From a virus, in the IMG/VR virus record IMGVR_UViG_3300044769_000137: a stretch of DNA of 35,292 bases. One strand, given 5' to 3'. Shown here one piece after another: positions 30,432 to 35,292 of the stretch. A program made the position numbers and the translations under genes. The notes beneath the pieces were generated by a model, which saw only the letters and a program-made list of their open reading frames with translations, did no database searches and had not been told where the DNA came from. The first letter of the stretch is position 1; each line of letters opens with the position of its first letter.

Positions 30432-30718
30432 TCGTGGGGCTCCTCCAGCGGCGGCCCCGGCGGCTTGGGCTCCACCACCGGCGGCGTGGCCTTGCGCGGC
30501 GGCTTGCGAATCGAGGGCAGCGCCGCCGCCACCACGCCGATCATGGCAGTAACCACGGCGATGATGCCCAGCCACTGGCGGGTAATCCCGATGGCGTCCG
30601 CCTGGCTAGACGCCACCCCTAAGCCTGCCAGGATGGCCGCACAGCCGACGGCGGTCCAGTAGTAAACCGCATAGCTCCGCGAGCCCCGATCCTCGTCTCC
30701 GTTCGTCTCCTGCGCCAT
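30428..30718 (-). CDS. Holin-like two-TM protein with Pro-rich C-terminal tail (96 aa)
   Basis: TM segments YAVYYWTAVGCAAILAGLGV and WLGIIAVVTAMIGVVAAAL. AGGAGG RBS. First of four membrane ORFs upstream of the endolysin. Confidence 0.65.
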   Translation of the reverse strand: MAQETNGDEDRGSRSYAVYYWTAVGCAAILAGLGVASSQADAIGITRQWLGIIAVVTAMIGVVAAALPSIRKPPRKATPPVVEPKPPGPPLEEPHE

Positions 30719-30742
30719 TTGGGATACCTCCTTGCTGGGACC

Positions 30743-31822
30743 TTAGCGCGTGCTCAGGGCGAGGTCGGTGAGCACGTCCGGCGGGATCGGCACGATGTTC
30801 AGCGCGTTGCCCGAGAAGATGGTCTGCTGCGCCACGAAGGTCGTCGGCAGGCCGGGCGTCCCCAGCACGAGCCCCTGGAGCTCGTAGGTCCGTCCCGCGT
30901 TCGCCCGCCACAGCGGCACCTGCGCGCCGTTCGCGTCCCACAGCGGCACGCCGTAGTCGAGACTCACCCCGAACCCGTCCACCGGCAGGCCCCCGAAGTT
31001 GCCGAGCAGCGAGGAGGCCACCGCGAAGGCGCTCCCCTCGTCCACGAGGTCCTGCGAGCGGTCCACGAAGTAGGTGCGGCGCAGGCCGTAGGTGTGCTGC
31101 GAGTCCATATCGTCGGCCCAGGCGTAGCCGTCCGACCACTTGACCAGCACGCGGTTGTAGAGGTTCTGGAGGTCCCACCCGATCGAGGCCGCCGCCTGGT
31201 CAGGTAGCCGCACCACGTAGTCGGCCACGGTCGAGGGTCGCACCACCTCGAGGTAGGGCCGCCCCGCGTCCTGGCTCCAGATGTGCCAGCGCACCCCCGC
31301 CAGCGCCGCCATGGCGTTGAACACCGCCTTCGCCGTCTTGCCCCCGAAGTCCTCGGAGTCGGCCGCCAGGGCGATGCCGGTGGGGCGAATGGCGGCATTA
31401 CTGGTCGACAGCAGCGGACACAGCTCGTCCCGCGCGTGGCGGAACACGTTCTCGATCGGCGTGCCGGCCGGGTACACCTGGGCGTGGGTGAAGCGGTCGT
31501 CCCCCGCGTGGCTGCTGAACCCGCGCGCCTCGAAGGCGAGCGAGGCCTCGCGGTAGAAGAAGTCCCCCCCGTCGTGCTCGAGGCGCAGGTGGCGGAAGCG
31601 GCCCGCGCGGTCGAAGAGCTCCGCCTCGGCCGACGGCACCGCCAGCACGTTGTCGTAGGGCTCCGCCGCGTCCACCCGCCAGCTCGCGGACAACTCCCCG
31701 CCGTGGCTGGCGGTCTCCATCTCCAGGTCCCGCAGCAGCGTGGTGTGGACGTACTGCCGCCCGTCCGCGGCCGTGATGACCACCGCGATGGCGTCGGGCT
31801 CGCCGTAGGTGGCCTGGCTCAC
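30743..31822 (-). CDS. Tail tip / Tal-like baseplate protein (359 aa), assigned by position
   Basis: GTG at 31822 overlaps the stop of the 1144-aa gene (GTGA). Protein-like sequence. The rest of the 767-aa track ORF is Arg/Gly-rich junk. Confidence 0.6.
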   Translation of the reverse strand: MSQATYGEPDAIAVVITAADGRQYVHTTLLRDLEMETASHGGELSASWRVDAAEPYDNVLAVPSAEAELFDRAGRFRHLRLEHDGGDFFYREASLAFEARGFSSHAGDDRFTHAQVYPAGTPIENVFRHARDELCPLLSTSNAAIRPTGIALAADSEDFGGKTAKAVFNAMAALAGVRWHIWSQDAGRPYLEVVRPSTVADYVVRLPDQAAASIGWDLQNLYNRVLVKWSDGYAWADDMDSQHTYGLRRTYFVDRSQDLVDEGSAFAVASSLLGNFGGLPVDGFGVSLDYGVPLWDANGAQVPLWRANAGRTYELQGLVLGTPGLPTTFVAQQTIFSGNALNIVPIPPDVLTDLALSTR

Positions 31823-34800
31823 AGCCCCGCCTCGTTGAGCAGGTATTCCACCAGCTCGTCGACCTCGGGCGCGGCCAGGCCGTGGGCAATGATGAGCTGC
31901 CCGATGTCCATGGTGCACTGGGAGCCCTCGGGGGTGATCCCGGAGCCGCCGGAGAGGTTGCTCGCGTTGGCCTCGATGGTCAGGTTCGTGCCGTCGCGGC
32001 TGAGCGCGAGCGCGGTATCCGCATAGGTGGCGTCGAGCACGAACAGGTGCCAGGCCCCCATCACCGCGTTGACGTTCTCCTGCCGCTTGAACGCGCCGCT
32101 GTTGCCGCTCGAGTACATGTGCCCGTACAGGCGGAAGCTCCCGAACGACTCCTGAAAGCCCAGCCCATAGTTCGGCCCCGCACCGGCGGACGTGCGCAGC
32201 ATGGTGCCCTGCGACGTGGTGGCCGTGACCTTGGCCACCAGGAAGATTTGGGCCTCGGGCAGGCTGATCTCCGACCAGCCGTACTTCCCGCCGTTCATCC
32301 GCACCACGCGCAGGCTCCCGAGGCCCCCGTCGAGGATCAGCGGGTGGTTCCCCGAGCCCGGCCAGGTGGCGTTCCGCCCATTGCCCGAGAGGTCCGGCCA
32401 GGTGTCCAGGTTCGCCCCGTTCGCCCCCGCCACGTCGTAGCTGCGGAACCAGTAGTCGAAGTTGGCGATGAGGTCCCCCGGCGTGAAGGCCGGCGGCGCC
32501 TGGCCCAGGATCCCGCCCTCGGCGTAGCGGATGCACACGTCGAACTCGTCGTCGGGACACAGCTGGTCGTCGATCTCGGTGCGGCTCACGCGCACCAGGA
32601 TCAGGTTCTCGCCGGGGTACAGGGTGACGTATCCCCCCTCCACCGAGGTCGTGGTGCGGAGCGTGTTGCCCGCGCCGCTCGCCACGTACACCGTGCCGGA
32701 CGCGGGGTCGAACACCTGCACCTCGTCGGGTGCTGGCCCCTTCCCGACGGCGTTCCGCGCGATGATCTGGTTCCCCGCCGGCCACAGCTCCAGGCAGTCG
32801 AGGTCCAGGTGGACGGGATCGCTCGAGCTCGACACCGGCTCGACGATCACCGAGAAGGTGAAGGACGTGATGGGTGCCGACGGATCGGTCGGCGTGGCGG
32901 GGATCACCACCGCCCCGATGCGCCCGGTGCGCACGCCGTCGGACTCCTCGACCGTCACCATGCTGGAGGCCACCAGCTGGCCGTCGTCCCCACCGGAGCG
33001 CACGATCACCCCAATGGGCCCGCCGCTCGCCTTCATCCGCGCCCACAGCTGATAGGTCCCGTAATGGTCGACCACGTTGGCGTCGATGGTCACGCGGAAG
33101 GCGACCGCGCCGCTGTCCGTCTCCTCGGCCAGGTGCTGCACCACCACCCCGTCGAGGAACCCGCCCGCGCCGCTCGCGCCGTAGGCTTTGAGCGTCATGC
33201 TGTCGCCGTCGGCCACCTGGGTGATCTCCACGCGGTCGAAGTCGAGGTCGTTCGTGGTGGTGAGCACCTCCTGGTTCGCGCCGGACTCGACCTCGAACGA
33301 GAAGGGCGGCGTGGCCTGGTAGGCGCTGTTCGCGTAGCCCCGCGCCTGGATATTGGCCACCACGCGGTAGGTCTCGCCGTCGATGGTCGAGAGGGTCTGG
33401 CCCACGTAGTTATCGGTGTCCCCCTCGCCGACGCCCTGGCTCGAATCGCCGTCCACCTGGCGCTCCGTCACGCTCTGCGGATACCAGCCGACGAACGGCA
33501 CCTCCTGGTGCCCCTTGGCGGTCCCGACGGCTGCCCACCCGTCGGCGGAGCTCGCCACCTCTCGGATCAGCAGGTTCTTGTAGAGCGTGGCCGAGAACAC
33601 GCCCTCCACGCCCAGGTAGATCAGCACCTGCTCGGACATCGGCACGAAGTCGAGGTACACCGTCGTGAAGCTGGCCGTGTGCTGGCGGAGCGCCACGTTC
33701 ATGTTCGACCCGTCCTGGAGCGCCACCCAGCAGCCACTGCCCGGCGGTGAGCCCGTCAGGGTGCGGCAGTCGATCTGGAGCCGCACTGGCACGCCCGGCG
33801 TCAGTCCGCCGTAGCTCCTGGCCGCGAAGCCCTGGCCGTTGGGGTTGCCGCTGGCATCCGGCGTGATCTGGAGCGCGCTGTGGGTCCCGTTGTAGCCCAT
33901 GCCGGTGCCGGTGTTGCGGTCGTAGAAGGTCCAGCCGGTGGTGTCCGGGATCGCGTCGGTGACCAGCGTCGAGCCGAAGGCTGGCCCCGAGTAGGGCTCC
34001 TCGAGCGCGCCGTTTAAGAACCCGCCGGTCCCCTGCACGGTGGCCCGCACGCCGACGTCGAGGCCGGTGGGGCCGGCGTAGTCCTGGAACGCCACGAAGG
34101 TCTCCTGGCCGTCGGTGGTCGAGCTGAGATAGGTGGTGTCGCCGTCGTTCGCGCCCACCGCGTCGTTGACCGCATCCCAGGCCGTGGCCGCGCCGGTCTT
34201 CGTCCAGGCGTCGGCCGCCCCCGCGCCATCCGCCAGCCGCGTGGTGATGACCTCGGTGAGCTGGTCGCGCTCGACGTACAGCGGCGCCAGGTAGAGCTGC
34301 GTGATCCGCACCTCGGTCGCCCCGACCTTCTGGACGCCCCACTGGCCGGCGTTCAGGTCCGCCTCGGTCCAGGGGAGCTCGGTGGCCGGGTTGCTGGAGA
34401 CCTCGTGGATGTGCTCCTGGTACGCCGCCCCGTCGGTCAGGGTGGTGAGCGCGCCGGCATTGAAGGAGTCGCCACCGCCGGTCCGCCAGCGGAGCTGATA
34501 CTGGCCGGTGCCCTTGGCCAGCACGTGCACGCGCACCCCGCCCACGCGGCCCGCCCCGCCCAGCTCCACGGTGTAGCCGGTGGGCGGCGTGTCGAGCCCG
34601 AGGTACAGCGGCCAGAGGAAGTTCTCGACGTCGCGCGTCCGGCTGTCGAGCGCGGCGGCGCGGATGAAGTCGTAATGGTCGGCGTCCCCGTGGGGGGTGA
34701 CCGAGATTCTGGCCTGGACCGGCTCACTGCCGCCCACCTCGATCACCCAGGGGTCGTAGTTGCAAAGGCCGTACTCGCACTGCTCGGTGAAGGTGAGCGC

Positions 34801-35253
34801 GTGGGGGATCGGCGAGCAGCGCAGGTACAGCTCCCCCGAGATGTAGTTCACCGACTCGAGCGCCTCGTCCTTGCGGAAGAAGTCGCCGTACTCGACGTCG
34901 TACACCTGCGGCTCGGCCTGGTCGCCCAGCTGGCGGATGAAGCGCACCGGGCTGCCCACCCGCGCCGGCTTGGCGTAGGCCTCCGCCGCCCGCAGCCGCG
35001 TCAGGATCTCCGAGAGGTTGCTGAGCGTCTCCTGGTACGTCGCCCCCCGGCAGCGCACCTCGAACCGCAGCTCGGTGGCGATCTGCGTGGACCTCACCAG
35101 CATCTCGCCGTCCGCCCCCCGTCGGGGAGCCGTGTGCCGCTCGAACACGGGCGTGGGCGGGAGCGCGCTGGTGTGGTTGAGGAAATACTTGGTCTCGTCG
35201 TTGAAGTCGAGCGGGGTGACCTCGCCCTCGACCTGGAGCAGGAGCTGCGCCAT
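31819..35253 (-). CDS. Large distal-tail / receptor-binding protein (1144 aa): Dit-like N-terminus, repeated beta-sandwich/CBM-like modules, C-terminal LamG domain
   Basis: Second gene downstream of the tape measure gene in the circular map, after the 84-aa ORF (90-344). The N-terminal ~170 aa resemble siphovirus tail-component (Dit) proteins. Two jelly-roll/CBM-like segments (...TGWTFYDRNTGTGMGYNG...LYKNLLIREV; ...DGWAAVGTAKGH...GFLDGVVVQHL). The C-terminus DYWFRSYDVAGANGANLDTWPDLSGNGRNATWP...LILDGG is LamG-like. Confidence 0.8.
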   Translation of the reverse strand: MAQLLLQVEGEVTPLDFNDETKYFLNHTSALPPTPVFERHTAPRRGADGEMLVRSTQIATELRFEVRCRGATYQETLSNLSEILTRLRAAEAYAKPARVGSPVRFIRQLGDQAEPQVYDVEYGDFFRKDEALESVNYISGELYLRCSPIPHALTFTEQCEYGLCNYDPWVIEVGGSEPVQARISVTPHGDADHYDFIRAAALDSRTRDVENFLWPLYLGLDTPPTGYTVELGGAGRVGGVRVHVLAKGTGQYQLRWRTGGGDSFNAGALTTLTDGAAYQEHIHEVSSNPATELPWTEADLNAGQWGVQKVGATEVRITQLYLAPLYVERDQLTEVITTRLADGAGAADAWTKTGAATAWDAVNDAVGANDGDTTYLSSTTDGQETFVAFQDYAGPTGLDVGVRATVQGTGGFLNGALEEPYSGPAFGSTLVTDAIPDTTGWTFYDRNTGTGMGYNGTHSALQITPDASGNPNGQGFAARSYGGLTPGVPVRLQIDCRTLTGSPPGSGCWVALQDGSNMNVALRQHTASFTTVYLDFVPMSEQVLIYLGVEGVFSATLYKNLLIREVASSADGWAAVGTAKGHQEVPFVGWYPQSVTERQVDGDSSQGVGEGDTDNYVGQTLSTIDGETYRVVANIQARGYANSAYQATPPFSFEVESGANQEVLTTTNDLDFDRVEITQVADGDSMTLKAYGASGAGGFLDGVVVQHLAEETDSGAVAFRVTIDANVVDHYGTYQLWARMKASGGPIGVIVRSGGDDGQLVASSMVTVEESDGVRTGRIGAVVIPATPTDPSAPITSFTFSVIVEPVSSSSDPVHLDLDCLELWPAGNQIIARNAVGKGPAPDEVQVFDPASGTVYVASGAGNTLRTTTSVEGGYVTLYPGENLILVRVSRTEIDDQLCPDDEFDVCIRYAEGGILGQAPPAFTPGDLIANFDYWFRSYDVAGANGANLDTWPDLSGNGRNATWPGSGNHPLILDGGLGSLRVVRMNGGKYGWSEISLPEAQIFLVAKVTATTSQGTMLRTSAGAGPNYGLGFQESFGSFRLYGHMYSSGNSGAFKRQENVNAVMGAWHLFVLDATYADTALALSRDGTNLTIEANASNLSGGSGITPEGSQCTMDIGQLIIAHGLAAPEVDELVEYLLNEAGL

Positions 35254-35292
35254 GCTAGCGCCCCGCCCCGGTGGTGGACCCGACGAGTGGGG
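35166..35292. repeat. Terminal direct repeat, copy B (identical to 1-127)
   Basis: Direct comparison of the two ends. Confidence 0.95.

Noticed and set aside
31819-35253. A diversity-generating retroelement targeting the LamG/lectin C-terminus.
   Set aside because: No reverse-transcriptase-like ORF exists anywhere in the window. I could not see a near-identical template repeat of the C-terminal coding region.

Overview
The window appears to be a complete, circularly closed genome of a temperate HK97-like siphovirus from a high-GC host. Bases 1-127 are identical to 35166-35292, so the unique length is about 35,165 bp.

Layout:
- A short plus-strand lysogeny operon spans 26102-28845: XRE repressor, small HTH-like ORF, secreted SNase/Excalibur nuclease, tyrosine integrase.
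- It faces a divergent promoter/operator region at 25981-26101.
- On the other side is one very long minus-strand lytic unit that runs 25980 -> 1 and wraps 35292 -> 28888.

Minus-strand gene order:
- Early: RHH Cro-like gene, then small early genes including a secreted 3D-domain protein and zinc-ribbon proteins, then a 482-aa protein.
- DNA modification: ParB-fused DNA methyltransferase, HNH, small DNA-binding protein, then a strong terminator.
- Replication: HNH, replication initiator with internal iterons, DnaC-like loader, degenerate metallopeptidase-like protein, VRR-NUC, HTH protein.
- Packaging and head: HNH, TerS, TerL, portal, 44-aa TM peptide, Mu Com-like zinc ribbon, RNA hairpin, prohead protease, major capsid.
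- A ~3-kb accessory island: decoration-like protein, two unknowns, LamG protein, secreted glycoside hydrolase.
- Tail: connectors, major tail protein with a cadherin-like C-terminus, G/GT chaperone with a CCCTTTG -1 slip site, tape measure, an 84-aa ORF, a 1144-aa multi-lectin tail protein, a Tal-like protein.
- Lysis: four small TM proteins, a GH25 endolysin, and an 83-aa ORF.

More than 20 gene junctions are ATGA/GTGA/TGATG overlaps.

The candidate I rate highest for novelty is the Com-like zinc-ribbon gene inside the head operon. It sits directly upstream of a stem-loop plus U6 that buries the only SD-like element of the prohead protease gene.

All functional calls come from motif recognition by eye and from gene order. 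No database search was run. The ORF track writes M for GTG/TTG starts, and several starts were re-assigned from RBS and coupling evidence.
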